A stretch of DNA of 35,576 nucleotides from Octopus bimaculoides (GCF_001194135.2 NC_068987.1:77354310-77389885); one strand, 5' to 3'. Counted from the first letter of the stretch, positions 1 to 11,269 are shown. Notes: generated from the sequence alone by a model not told the origin. Numbers and translations: made by a program.

Positions 1-68
1 TATACAGAGACATATATACAGACACACATCTACAAATCTATATATATACAGAGAGAAAGAGGGGGGTG

Positions 69-216
69 AGGGTCGAGTTGGTAGACGCGTTAGCACACCG
101 GACAACACGCTTAGCCACATTACCGAGTTCGAATCCCGCACAAATAGCAGTCAAGTACTTAGGTCGATGTGTACTAGCCCCTCCGCCAAAACCTCATACC
201 TTGTACCTACAGTAGG
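69..216 (+). mobile_element. Degenerate tRNA-derived SINE, family A
   Basis: cgttagcacaccggac...cttagc...gagttcgaatcccg (B-box-like) resembles the heads of the cleaner family A copies at 5531 and 35138; internally deleted. Confidence 0.5.
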
Positions 217-257
217 AAGAGTATGTGTGTGTGTGTGTGTGTGTGCGTGCGTGCTTA

Positions 258-470
258 TATATTCTTTTTCTTGTTTAAGTCATTAGATTGCCGTTACGCT
301 GGGCCACCACCTTGAAAAAGTTTAGTTGAAAGAATCAATCCCAGTACTCACTTTGTTATCGGCTTTGTACTTATTCTAACCGCTAAGTTACGGGGATGTA
401 AACACACCAACACCGGATGCCAATCGTTTGTAGTGGACAAAGCGAAACAGAAAGACACACACATAGGCAT
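258..470 (-). mobile_element. 3' half of a family B (CORE-type) SINE
   Basis: Reverse complement reads ggtgtgtttacatccccgtaacttagcggtt...ttcaaggtggtggcccagcg...aaacaagaaaaagaata, matching the 3' half of the copy at 30911-31305. Confidence 0.7.
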
Positions 471-476
471 TTATAT

Positions 477-842
477 AAGCAATAATAAATCTCTGAGCGA
501 GATATATATAGTAGCAGCACGACATCGTAAAGTTTATTTGCCACTTAAATGTGGCTAACCCTTAAGAGTCGATACTACTGTAGCTTGTAGCCCCAGGAAG
601 ACATCTCCTCCATCTGGCTACTGACACACTATCTGTGCCCTATCAGTATTTGCAAAGAGATGTCATCGTTCTCATCTCCAGCCTCACGTGATACACACGG
701 AACCGAATTTCTGGGTATTGACCCGTCATCAACATGTGACAACCACCGGTTGATGAAGGGTTAGCCACATTTAGGTAGTAAATATGCTTTACGATGTCGT
801 GCAGCTATTGTTTATACCTCGCTCAGAGATTTATTATTGCTT
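477..842. mobile_element. MITE-like element with about 87 bp imperfect terminal inverted repeats
   Basis: 477-563 (aagcaataataaatctctgagcgag...gtggctaaccctt) is the reverse complement of 756-842 (aagggttagccac...ctcgctcagagatttattattgctt); non-coding interior. Confidence 0.85.
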
Positions 843-921
843 GTTTCCACTTTTTCGAGATCAGTGACTTTTCATTTCTGGAAAACGTATATATATTTGC
901 ATTGAGAACCACTTCCCATCG

Positions 922-1132
922 TCAACAAGTGGTTGTCACACGCTGATGGGTCAATACCTAGAAATTCGGATCCGTGTGTATCACGTCAGGCTGGAGATGG
1001 GAACGATGATTTCCCCTTTGCAAATAGTGATAGGGCACATATAGTGTGTCAATAGTCAGGTGGAGGAGATTTCTTCCTGTGGCTACAAGCTACGGTAGCA
1101 TCGATCCTGAATGGTTAGCCACATTTAGGTGG

Positions 1133-1138
<6 letters not shown>
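922..1138 (-). mobile_element. Second, inverted partial copy of the same MITE
   Basis: 922-1138 aligns as the reverse complement of 535-753 (e.g. gtgtgtatcacg, ggctggagatg, tttgcaaata, gatagggcaca, gctacaagctac, ggttagccacattta) and ends in (TA)n. Confidence 0.85.

Positions 1139-1174
<36 letters not shown>
1137..1174. repeat. (TA)n microsatellite
   Basis: Directly visible. Confidence 0.95.
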
Positions 1175-1175
<1 letters not shown>

Positions 1176-1181
<6 letters not shown>

Positions 1182-1370
1182 CGCACATACATATATATAC
1201 GTACATACCTACGTCGAGCTTCTTTCAGTTACTGTCTGCCAAATCCACTAACGAGGCTTTGCTCGGCACGAGACTAAAATAGAAGAAACTTGCCCAAGGG
1301 GCTAGGCAATGGGCCTGAACCCAGAACCATGTGGCTGAAAAGCAAACTTCTTACCACAGTCACACCTACA
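1176..1370 (-). mobile_element. 5' half (tRNA-like head plus CORE-like domain) of a family B SINE
   Basis: Reverse complement: gtggtaagaagtttgc...catggttctgggttcagg...cttgggcaagtttcttcta...gtggatttggcagac...gaaagaagctcgacg; matches the copies at 14838 and 30911. Confidence 0.75.
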
Positions 1371-1548
1371 TACACCCCGCCAAATATATATATTGCTCTG
1401 CAGGACACTTTGACACCTGACACATGGTACATCGTGTACTTGTTCAGGCAATGTTGATTTGATGGAGGGAGTGAGCTAATGGACACCACATAATACGTTT
1501 GATCACTCGAACACTCATACATTGTCTTCAACGCAGAGTCCCTAACAC

Positions 1549-1583
<35 letters not shown>

Positions 1584-1588
1584 CAGAT
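1549..1588. repeat. (GATA)n microsatellite
   Basis: Directly visible. Confidence 0.95.
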
Positions 1589-1604
1589 GACATGTTTCCA
1601 TACA

Positions 1605-1752
1605 GTTTCCATTTGACACATTCACTCACGAGATTTTGGTCATGCGGGGAGGATTGTAGGAAACACTTGTTGAAGGAGCCGCGCTCTGATATTGCCTTCG
1701 ACACAACGTTGTTGCAAAACGCGTTTGTTAAGCACACCGCCATGCTTGCACC
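1605..1752 (-). mobile_element. Old family B SINE head
   Basis: cactcacgagattttggtc...aaacacttgttgaaggagccgcgc...gcacaccgccatgcttgcacct resembles the antisense of the family B head. Confidence 0.5.
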
Positions 1753-1864
1753 TAAAGCATCTACCCCTTATTAATTGACCTCACCCCAGGGTGGAAAAGC
1801 AAATTTGAGGTCAACAGGTTACGAACTCAGTTAGCCTGATTCTACCCGATGTTCTGACAACACT

Positions 1865-2033
1865 GTGGAGGCGCAATGGCCCAGTTGTTAGGGCAGCGGA
1901 CTCCCGGTCATAGGATCGCGGTTTCGATTCCCAGACCGGGCGTTGTGAGTGGTTATTGAGCGAAAACACCTAAAGCTCCACGAGGCCCCGGCAGGGGATG
2001 GTGACGAACCCTGCTGTACTCTTTCACCACAAC
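1865..2033 (+). mobile_element. tRNA-derived SINE family C, 5' part (runs into a gap)
   Basis: A box tggcccagttgtta and B box ggtttcgattccc; near-identical to 8281-8433. Confidence 0.85.
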
Positions 2034-2784
2034 NNNNNNNNNNNNNNNNNNNNNNNNNNNNNNNNNNNNNNNNNNNNNNNNNNNNNNNNNNNNNNNNNNN
2101 NNNNNNNNNNNNNNNNNNNNNNNNNNNNNNNNNNNNNNNNNNNNNNNNNNNNNNNNNNNNNNNNNNNNNNNNNNNNNNNNNNNNNNNNNNNNNNNNNNNN
2201 NNNNNNNNNNNNNNNNNNNNNNNNNNNNNNNNNNNNNNNNNNNNNNNNNNNNNNNNNNNNNNNNNNNNNNNNNNNNNNNNNNNNNNNNNNNNNNNNNNNN
2301 NNNNNNNNNNNNNNNNNNNNNNNNNNNNNNNNNNNNNNNNNNNNNNNNNNNNNNNNNNNNNNNNNNNNNNNNNNNNNNNNNNNNNNNNNNNNNNNNNNNN
2401 NNNNNNNNNNNNNNNNNNNNNNNNNNNNNNNNNNNNNNNNNNNNNNNNNNNNNNNNNNNNNNNNNNNNNNNNNNNNNNNNNNNNNNNNNNNNNNNNNNNN
2501 NNNNNNNNNNNNNNNNNNNNNNNNNNNNNNNNNNNNNNNNNNNNNNNNNNNNNNNNNNNNNNNNNNNNNNNNNNNNNNNNNNNNNNNNNNNNNNNNNNNN
2601 NNNNNNNNNNNNNNNNNNNNNNNNNNNNNNNNNNNNNNNNNNNNNNNNNNNNNNNNNNNNNNNNNNNNNNNNNNNNNNNNNNNNNNNNNNNNNNNNNNNN
2701 NNNNNNNNNNNNNNNNNNNNNNNNNNNNNNNNNNNNNNNNNNNNNNNNNNNNNNNNNNNNNNNNNNNNNNNNTATATATATATA

Positions 2785-3346
2785 TATATATATGGCTACA
2801 GGACGTCACAAACAGTAAACAACATGAAATACGAAAGCAACTGAGTTGACTACGCAAACAACGAGAGAAACAAATGGAAAACGGGACAAGTAACATAAAA
2901 AACGACCCTTCATCTCCGTTGTCGGCTGCCTATCTACTCCTCATTTCGAGCATTGAACGACAATATGAGTCTTCGAAGGCAGTTGTTCCCACTGCCAAAT
3001 AAAATTTGGGATTTATGGAGGATCAAAGTTGGGAACAAAAACAGGACAGTGGAGACATACAAGGAAACCGAACGAAAACAAACATGGAGGGTCGTTAGAC
3101 CAGAACGAGGGTAAAATAGCAAACGCTGAGGAAATATTTTCTTTGACAAGAGAAAAGATAGAAGAGGGAGATAGATAGGATACATCCAGCCTCTAGGACA
3201 GCCTTGAAAGAAAAGAATGATGATCATGTGAGGAAAAGAAAGGCGGACGATGGTCACGTGTGAGTAACGAGAGAGAGTAAGGGAGAAAGAGAGGGACAGA
3301 GACAGAGACAGATAGAAAACAATGAAGCCGAACGAAAACAAACATG
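2785..3346. repeat. Dispersed repeat, possibly a Penelope-like terminal-repeat remnant
   Basis: Exact 19-bp direct repeat ccgaacgaaaacaaacatg at 3068-3086 and 3328-3346; the minus strand has a gctcgaaa motif as in Penelope-type ends. The family assignment is inference. Confidence 0.35.
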
Positions 3347-3356
3347 TGTATGAATG

Positions 3357-3401
<45 letters not shown>

Positions 3402-4058
3402 ATATATATATATANNNNNNNNNNNNNNNNNNNNNNNNNNNNNNNNNNNNNNNNNNNNNNNNNNNNNNNNNNNNNNNNNNNNNNNNNNNNNNNNNNNNNN
3501 NNNNNNNNNNNNNNNNNNNNNNNNNNNNNNNNNNNNNNNNNNNNNNNNNNNNNNNNNNNNNNNNNNNNNNNNNNNNNNNNNNNNNNNNNNNNNNNNNNNN
3601 NNNNNNNNNNNNNNNNNNNNNNNNNNNNNNNNNNNNNNNNNNNNNNNNNNNNNNNNNNNNNNNNNNNNNNNNNNNNNNNNNNNNNNNNNNNNNNNNNNNN
3701 NNNNNNNNNNNNNNNNNNNNNNNNNNNNNNNNNNNNNNNNNNNNNNNNNNNNNNNNNNNNNNNNNNNNNNNNNNNNNNNNNNNNNNNNNNNNNNNNNNNN
3801 NNNNNNNNNNNNNNNNNNNNNNNNNNNNNNNNNNNNNNNNNNNNNNNNNNNNNNNNNNNNNNNNNNNNNNNNNNNNNNNNNNNNNNNNNNNNNNNNNNNN
3901 NNNNNNNNNNNNNNNNNNNNNNNNNNNNNNNNNNNNNNNNNNNNNNNNNNNNNNNNNNNNNNNNNNNNNNNNNNNNNNNNNNNNNNNNNNNNNNNNNNNN
4001 NNNNNNNNNNNNNNNNNNNNNNNNNNNNNNNNNNNNNNNNNNNNNNNNNNNNNNNNNN

Positions 4059-5262
4059 TGGTGGTGGTGGTGGTGGTGGTGGTGGTAGTGTGATGGGGCT
4101 TGGGTGCAGTTGATAAAGTAATTGTTGGCCTTGACATGGAGGGGGACAAAAAGAAAGGAAAAGGAAGAAGAAAGCAACAAGGTATTTTACAACCACCACC
4201 ACCAACAACCCCACTACCATCCTTGCCGCCACCTCCATCACCACCATCATTACTACCTCTAATACCACCACCACAACAACAGCCGTTACCACCACGATGA
4301 CCATTGTTATTGACAGATTTATCAATAACATCTACTACGACATCAACCTCTGTGTCTACCACAACAAACACCATCACAACTACCACCAACACCAACACCA
4401 TTACAACAGCAGCAACGACAGCAATAACATTACAACATAACTAATAGAGACGTCCGTTGATAGAACTGTCACCACCACCACCACCACTACTACCACCACC
4501 ACTGCCACCACCACTACCACTACCACTACCACTACCACCACTACCACCACAGCAGGTAGTCTCCACCAATGTCACCGCCTCCATTACTACCACCACCACT
4601 GCAATACAAACACCACCACCACTAACAACAACAATGCTGTCAATACTTCCTCCTATACCACAAGCACCACTAACCTCGCAACTGTCGTCACTACTGTTAA
4701 GACCACTACCGCCACTAACACACTAAAGACTACAACAACTACTAATACTACGACTACTACTACAATTTCTACTATACCCACCACCTTAACCACCACCAAA
4801 CCCGTCACGACTACAACACTCACCCATCGCCCACTGCCTCACTCGCCACCATCGCAATCACTACCACTACCACCACAATCACCACTTCCTACCACCACAT
4901 CTACAACCACTACAATCCACTGCCAACCTCACCACCACATTCGCCGCTGCAGCCACCACCACAATCACTGCCACTACCGCCACCACTGCAACCAGAAACA
5001 TCACCGTTGACACTACCTCCAACACCACTACCACCACTATCGTCACCACGCCCATGACTACCACCCACCGCCACCACAACCACAACCCACTACCAACCTC
5101 ACCACCATACTCACCAATGCAACCACCACCACTACTGCCACCACCGCAACCAGAAACATCACCGTTGCTACTACCTCCAACACCAGTACCATCACCATCA
5201 CCATCACTACTACCACCGCGGCCACTCCATCGAATTACCTTTGTAATGATCAATTTGATTTA
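4059..5262. repeat. Degenerate (GGT)n / (ACC,ACT,AAC)n trinucleotide low-complexity block
   Basis: Directly visible; produces spurious Pro/Thr/Val-rich ORFs. Confidence 0.9.
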
Positions 5263-5530
5263 ATTTAAATTTTAACATTTTTAAAAATTATTTTGTTTCT
5301 ATTTTTTAGCTTTTATCTCGTTTTTTTTTTCTTGTTAGCCATCGCCTTACCTCCATCCTCCCAATCCTTTTCTCCTTCAGTATCATTATCATCATCATCA
5401 GCGCCAATAGCAGCAGCCACATCATCTTCATTATCATCACAATCACCATCATTATCCTAATTAATCGTTTCTCCTCAGTTTTATTTTATTTCATTATGTT
5501 TTCTTCTTCTGTTCATTCTTCACATCCATC

Positions 5531-5966
5531 AAGGCGGCGAGCTGGCAGAATCGTTAGCACGCCGGGCGAAATACTTAGCGGTGTTTCGTCTGTCTTTACG
5601 TTCTGAATTCAAATTCCGCCGAGGTTGACCTCATCTTACACCTTTCGGGGTCGATAAATTAAGTACCAGTTGCGTACTGGGGTGGATGTAATCGAATTAA
5701 TCCCTTTGTCTGTCCTTGTTTATCACCTCTATGTTTAGCCTCTTGTGGGCAATAAAAAAAAAAAGCAACGTTAGCACGCCGGGCGAAATGCTTAGCGGTA
5801 TTTCGTCTGCCGCTACGTTCTGTGTTCAAATTCCGCCGAGGTCGACTTTGTATTTCATCCTTATGGGGTCGATAAATTAAGTACCAGTTGCGTACTGGTG
5901 TCGATCTAATCGACTGCCCCCCCCTCCCCAAAACTTTCAAGCTTTGTGCTTAGAGTAGAGAAGATT
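5531..5966 (+). mobile_element. Head-to-tail dimer of family A SINE (tRNA-like head plus Meta/MESC-like domain)
   Basis: Two copies (5531-5765 and 5767-5966) of cgttagcacgccgggcgaaat...ttcaaattccgccgagg...ggggtcgataaattaagtaccagttgcgtactgg, with different 3' tails. The Meta/MESC label is from recollection of that domain. Confidence 0.9.
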
Positions 5967-6265
5967 CATTACATCCATTCGAGCTTTGGCTTCCTCTTTT
6001 ACAAATATCTCGTATAAGTAAGCGATAACAAATTGTTGTTGCTACTGCTGCTACTGTTGCTTATGCTGATGATAAAGGTGATGACGATGGCGACGATGGA
6101 GGTTCATTCAACCTTAGGACAAGCCTGAGTGAAAACATCAATAATAATAAAAATAAAAAAAAGAAGCTATTCCAGCCTTGCGTAGTTGATATCCAACGCA
6201 TTGAAGCGTAGTGGAGCGCAGTGGCTTCACTTTAGGTCACGAGTACAAATGTGTTTATTATTGGT

Positions 6266-6592
6266 GAAGGCGCGTGGATTAGTGGTCAGTGAATTAGGCT
6301 CACAATTGTAAGGTCATGAGTTCGATTCTCGGAGACACGTTGTGTCCTTGAGCAAGAGACTTTATTTCATATTGCTCCAGTCCACTCAGCTGGCAAAAAT
6401 GAGTAGTATTTGTATTTCAAAGGGTCAGCCTTGCCACATTCTGTATCACGCTGAATCTCCCTGTGAACTACGGTAAGAACACGCATGTCTGTACTGGAGT
6501 GCTCAGCCACTTGCACGTTAATTTCACGAGCAGGCTGTTCCGTTGATCGGATCAACTGGAACCTTCGTCGTTGTAACCAACAGATTGCCAGT
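6266..6592 (+). mobile_element. SINE family D head (tRNA plus CORE-like) with the family C tail
   Basis: B box gagttcgattctc; CORE-like ttgtgtccttgagcaagagactttatttc; 3' tail ggagtgctcagccacttgcacgttaatttcacgagcaggctgttccgttgatc shared with 8560-8640. Confidence 0.85.
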
Positions 6593-6629
6593 TTATTAGA
6601 GTAAAGCTAGAAGTGGTTCCAATACTGTT

Positions 6630-7140
6630 TGAATTTGTAGAATTTTTAAGCGTCAAAAATAAAACGCCTTGCGGTACTTGTTTCGTTTCTTTGCGTTTTG
6701 AGTTCAAATCCTGCCGAGGTCAATTTTGTCTTTCATTCTTCCGAGGCCGATAAAATAAAGTTCTAGTCCAAAGTGCTTGATTTGTAAAATCGTTGAGCGC
6801 CGGACAAAATTCTATGCAGTATTTCATCCGGCCCTTAACGTTCCCAATTCAAATCCCGTCGAAGCCAACTACGCCTTTCGTTCTTCCAAGGCTGATAAAA
6901 TAAATTTCTACCCCAGGGCGAGGAATTGGTAAAAACCGTTATGCGTCGGAAAAAACGCTTGGGGTGATTAATACTGCTCTTCGTGTTCTGAGTTCAAATT
7001 CTACCGATGTCAACCTTCTCCTTTATCTTTTGAAGATCGATAAAACTAAATTAAACTCCGTCATGTACTGGGTCTGATTTAACCAGCTCTACCTATCCTC
7101 CGATTTTGATGTTAGATGCCTCTCTTAGAAATTAGTATTA
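6630..7140 (+). mobile_element. Three degenerate family A SINE copies in tandem
   Basis: Three repeats of gttcaaat-like/ccga...tttc.ttc...gataaaa at about 140 bp spacing. Confidence 0.7.
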
Positions 7141-7766
7141 TCAAGTTTTAAATCTATGGTAATCCATGGCTCAAGCATGTTTCTTATTTATAATTTTAAT
7201 ATTTCTATATTTAGTGTTAACATATCTAATGCAAGGAGCATTCGATAAGAAAACCTAAAAAAAAATAGACCCGTTAAGGGAAAATACAATATTAATTAAT
7301 TACACAACATTAGACAATACCTTCCTTCAGTACGCCATACTAAACCGCTCTTGGCTGCACTGTTATTAAGAAATTGTTATCTGTATAATTCCTTAATTTC
7401 AAATTCAAGTTTTTAATCCCACTAAATATTATGAGGAAATGATTGGCCGCTAGGGGAACAACACGAGAATAATGTTATTATTTTCTTGCTAATTGTTACT
7501 ATGGAAGTTGATTTTTCATGTTGTTGTTGTTAATATTGCTGCGGTGTTGTTGTTTATGTTGTTGCNNNNNNNNNNNNNNNNNNNNNNNNNNNNNNNNNNN
7601 NNNNNNNNNNNNNNNNNNNNNNNNNNNNNNNNNNNNNNNNNNNNNNNNNNNNNNNNNNNNNNNNNNNNNNNNNNNNNNNNNNNNNNNNNNNNNNNNNNNN
7701 NNNNNNNNNNNNNNNNNNNNNNNNNNNNNNNNNNNNNNNNNNNNNNNNNNNNNNNNNNNNNNNNNN

Positions 7767-7862
7767 GTGGTGGTTGTCGTTGTGGTGGTGGTGGTGGTGA
7801 TGGTGGTGGTGGTAGTGGTGGTAATGATGGTGGTGGGAGGTGGTGGTGGTGGTCGTCGTCGT
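7767..7862. repeat. (GGT)n microsatellite
   Basis: Directly visible beside a gap. Confidence 0.9.
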
Positions 7863-8280
7863 CGTGTACTTGTTCTTATTCTTGCTATTGTTGCTGTCGT
7901 AAATAATTTCTATGAAACAGAGATTCATGAAATATGCAAGCATTACGATAGTTTCTATGTAGTGTTTCGGAAAGTAGTTTTGTAATATATCTGTGTGGGT
8001 GTATGTGTGTGTGTGTGCGTGCATGCGTGCGTGCGTGTGTATACCTCTGTGCCTACATGTGTGTGATAGCGAATGTGAAGCAATTTGATTCGCTATATTT
8101 GTACACGCGCGCGCTCGTGCGTGTAAGCATGCAATGAGTTATATTGTAGTTCCTTGTAATAGTGTAGAAATGTGCTATAGTGCAGTATGCAGCAACGTAC
8201 AGTCGTAAATAAAAACTATAGAGAAATGCACTTAACAACATACATATGTATATATGTATGTATGTATGTACGTATGTATA

Positions 8281-8657
8281 TGGTGGAGGTGCAATGGCCC
8301 AGTGTTTAGGGCAGCGGACTCGCGGTTTCGATTCCCAGACCGGACGTTGTGAGTGTTTATTGAGCGAAAACACCTAAAGCTCCACGAAGCTCCGGCAGGG
8401 GATGGTGGCGAACCCTGCTGTACTCTTCCACCACAACTTTCTCTCACTCTTACTTCCTGTTTCTGTTGTGCCTGTAATTCAAAGAGTCAGCCTTGTCACA
8501 CTGTGTCATGCTGAATCTCCCCGAGAACTACGTTAAGGGTACACGTGTCTGTGGAGTGCTCAACCACTTGCACGTTAATTTCACGAGCAGGCTGTTCCGT
8601 TGATCGTATCAACTGGAACCCTCGACGTCATAAGCGACGGAGTGCCAACAAAAACAA
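8281..8657 (+). mobile_element. Near full-length family C SINE
   Basis: A box tggcccagtgttt, B box ggtttcgattccc; body matches 1865-2033; tail matches 6410-6592; ends in aacaaaaacaa. Confidence 0.9.
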
Positions 8658-8959
8658 TGTATGTATATAAAACATTTGTTAAGTTCCAGACAGACAGTGA
8701 ATTTAAGAACATTCTCACATCATGTCTGTTACTGTTGTGGCTGGTAATGTAGGTGTTGATGTTTTTGGTGTTGTTCAGCTCAATATCAGTCGTAAATGAG
8801 CTGACTTAATAACCAAATACATTCCAAGTATGACCATCGATCTTAGAACCAAAGAACTTCAAGAACGCTTAGGTGTAATCCACTGGATTCATATCTCAAT
8901 CTAGGTGGGGTTCACACTACACTCTCCAGCAAAACATGTTTTTGTTTTTTGCTGTCGTT

Positions 8960-9170
8960 ATAGTTGTTGTTTTTGTTGCTTAACCACGAGCCAGCTCTGT
9001 TCCAACTGAGCAATGATCAAATACGTTCCAGCTTTGACCATTCCGTCTTATTTTCAGACATATTGTATTTAGAACTACATTACCCTACGTATCCATCTAT
9101 TTTAATATGATAAGGTTTTATTTTAGGAATATTTGGTAGCCATCTCTAGAACGCCAAACGATCACACAGG
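8960..9170 (-). mobile_element. Dispersed repeat family E (non-LTR 3' end or SINE with an (AAC)n tail)
   Basis: Reverse-complement similarity to 9450-9630, 19390-19515 and 32370-32535; a (GTT)-rich tail precedes it on the + strand. A shorter similar piece lies at about 8755-8840. Confidence 0.55.
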
Positions 9171-9449
9171 AACGACTGCATATGGTTTATTTTATGAGGT
9201 GCAGCAGGAAAGACAGTGTTGGCTCAATACGTTTATATTTGCATCTAGTCTTGTTTTGTAAAGGCTATACAACTCCTACAGTTGGCCTACAATAGAGTCG
9301 AACAAGTTGGACAAAGTAGAAACACGTCAATATTTTTCCATCCTGTGACATTCAACGAAACATAGGAGCCTCTACGGAGTTGTTCAACTTAATTGCAGCG
9401 CGGTTAACAAATATCCTACGATCCAATGAAGGAACTTGCACTTGATCCC

Positions 9450-9630
9450 CCAAGCTGATTGCCAAAATTTCCTTCAAATTGTATCCCACTATGTTAAAAA
9501 CTTCTTTTTTATATGACTCTGAGTTCCCTGCACATATGAATCTTCTTCAACTAACGATATGATGGCGATAGAAAGCCTGTAATCATAGATATGTTCGGCC
9601 AGGGCTGATATGAGACTATAGAACAACATC
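9450..9630 (+). mobile_element. Family E copy, inverted relative to 8960-9170
   Basis: tgccaaaatttccttcaaattgtatccc...gatggcgatagaaagcctgtaatcatagatatgttcggccagggctga...gaacaac. Confidence 0.5.
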
Positions 9631-9949
9631 ACCGGAAAGAGATGTCCTTCAAATCACCTCCAACCGTACAAATAAAAAAAAACATGCAAAAACCTAGACG
9701 TTATTCTCGCCGCAATTGATGTAACTGCTACTTTAGCTGTTGTTGCTACAAATGCTGATGTTGCTATTGGTGCTAATGTTGTTGCTGTTGCTGTTGTTTT
9801 ATTTGATCATTTTGGCGAGTAAAAAGTTATTAAAATTATTGTTGCAAGTGGAGGGGAAAACGATAAATCTTGATATATCGATGATTTCCTGGTAAAACTT
9901 TTAATGTTGGTCCTCTTTATTTCATACACTCAACTGTTCTTTTTCTGTT

Positions 9950-10055
9950 TAGATACAGACACACATATACAGACATGCGCCACAAACACACACACGTGTA
10001 CACAAACACATATATGTATGTATTTATAAACATATGTATATATATATATGTGTGT

Positions 10056-10094
<39 letters not shown>

Positions 10095-10249
10095 CCTATC
10101 TGTGTATGTGTATACGCGGGATAGACGTATAAGTGCATGTGATTTTTTGGTGTAAGTAAACTCATAAATGTATGTGTGTAATTATATATATTTAAGATAA
10201 TATGTATATCCTTCAAAGTATAAATGATAGTAAATACATATATACATAC

Positions 10250-10315
<66 letters not shown>

Positions 10316-10513
10316 GAATGTATAAATGTATGCATATATGTATATATGTATACATGTATGTGTGTTTGTGTTAAACCGCATACACACACGTGATGCGTGT
10401 CTCTGTAAAAGTGTAAATACATATTTCTTGTATGTTCATGTATATTTGCATGTGCATATGTTGGTCTATGTGTGTGTGTGTGTTTGTGAGTGTGAGTGTG
10501 TGCGTGTGTGTGT

Positions 10514-10545
<32 letters not shown>

Positions 10546-10555
10546 NNNNNNNNNN

Positions 10556-10600
<45 letters not shown>

Positions 10601-10854
10601 CACACCCGTTATTAAATTGTTCCACTTCTCTTTTTTCTAAGAATATTCTAATTTTTTATACATTTAATGCAATCATATTCACTCACACATAAATATATAT
10701 GCATTATAATTAATATATATGTGCGTGTATGTATGTATGTGTGTGTGCGTGTGTGTATATGTACGTATATTCATATGTATTCTAACCTATAAACGCCTAT
10801 GTATAAATACATATGCATGCACACACACGCTCGCACACATATATGTATGTATAC

Positions 10855-10906
<52 letters not shown>

Positions 10907-10929
10907 ATGTATATATATATATATGTATG

Positions 10930-10974
<45 letters not shown>

Positions 10975-11206
10975 ACATGCATAAATATATATTAATTATG
11001 ACGCATGCGTGTATATGTGTGACAGTGACTGTATGTGTATAATTTTATGAAATGTATAAATAATACGAAAATACTTAGAAAGAAAGAAAAATAGAACAAA
11101 GTAACTATGACGGGAGGGGGATCTTAAAATCACACAAATATATATATATTCATACATACACATAAATGTACTTATACGAAATATATATATATATATATAT
11201 ATACAC

Positions 11207-11269
<63 letters not shown>

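Noticed and set aside
2915-2990. Possible hammerhead on the minus strand (gctcgaaa preceded by cttcgaagactc)
   Set aside because: No CUGANGA core and no convincing stem II.
4100-5263. Proline/threonine-rich (extensin- or mucin-like) ORFs
   Set aside because: Frames are broken by stops and explained by (ACC)n slippage; no splice or domain support.
5531-7140. CRISPR-like regularly spaced repeats
   Set aside because: The repeats are whole SINE bodies of 140-230 bp in eukaryotic DNA; there are no spacers or cas genes.
8281-8345. Possible tRNA genes here and at 1865, 6266, 20274 and 28046
   Set aside because: A and B boxes are present, but I cannot fold a full cloverleaf and each continues into a SINE body.
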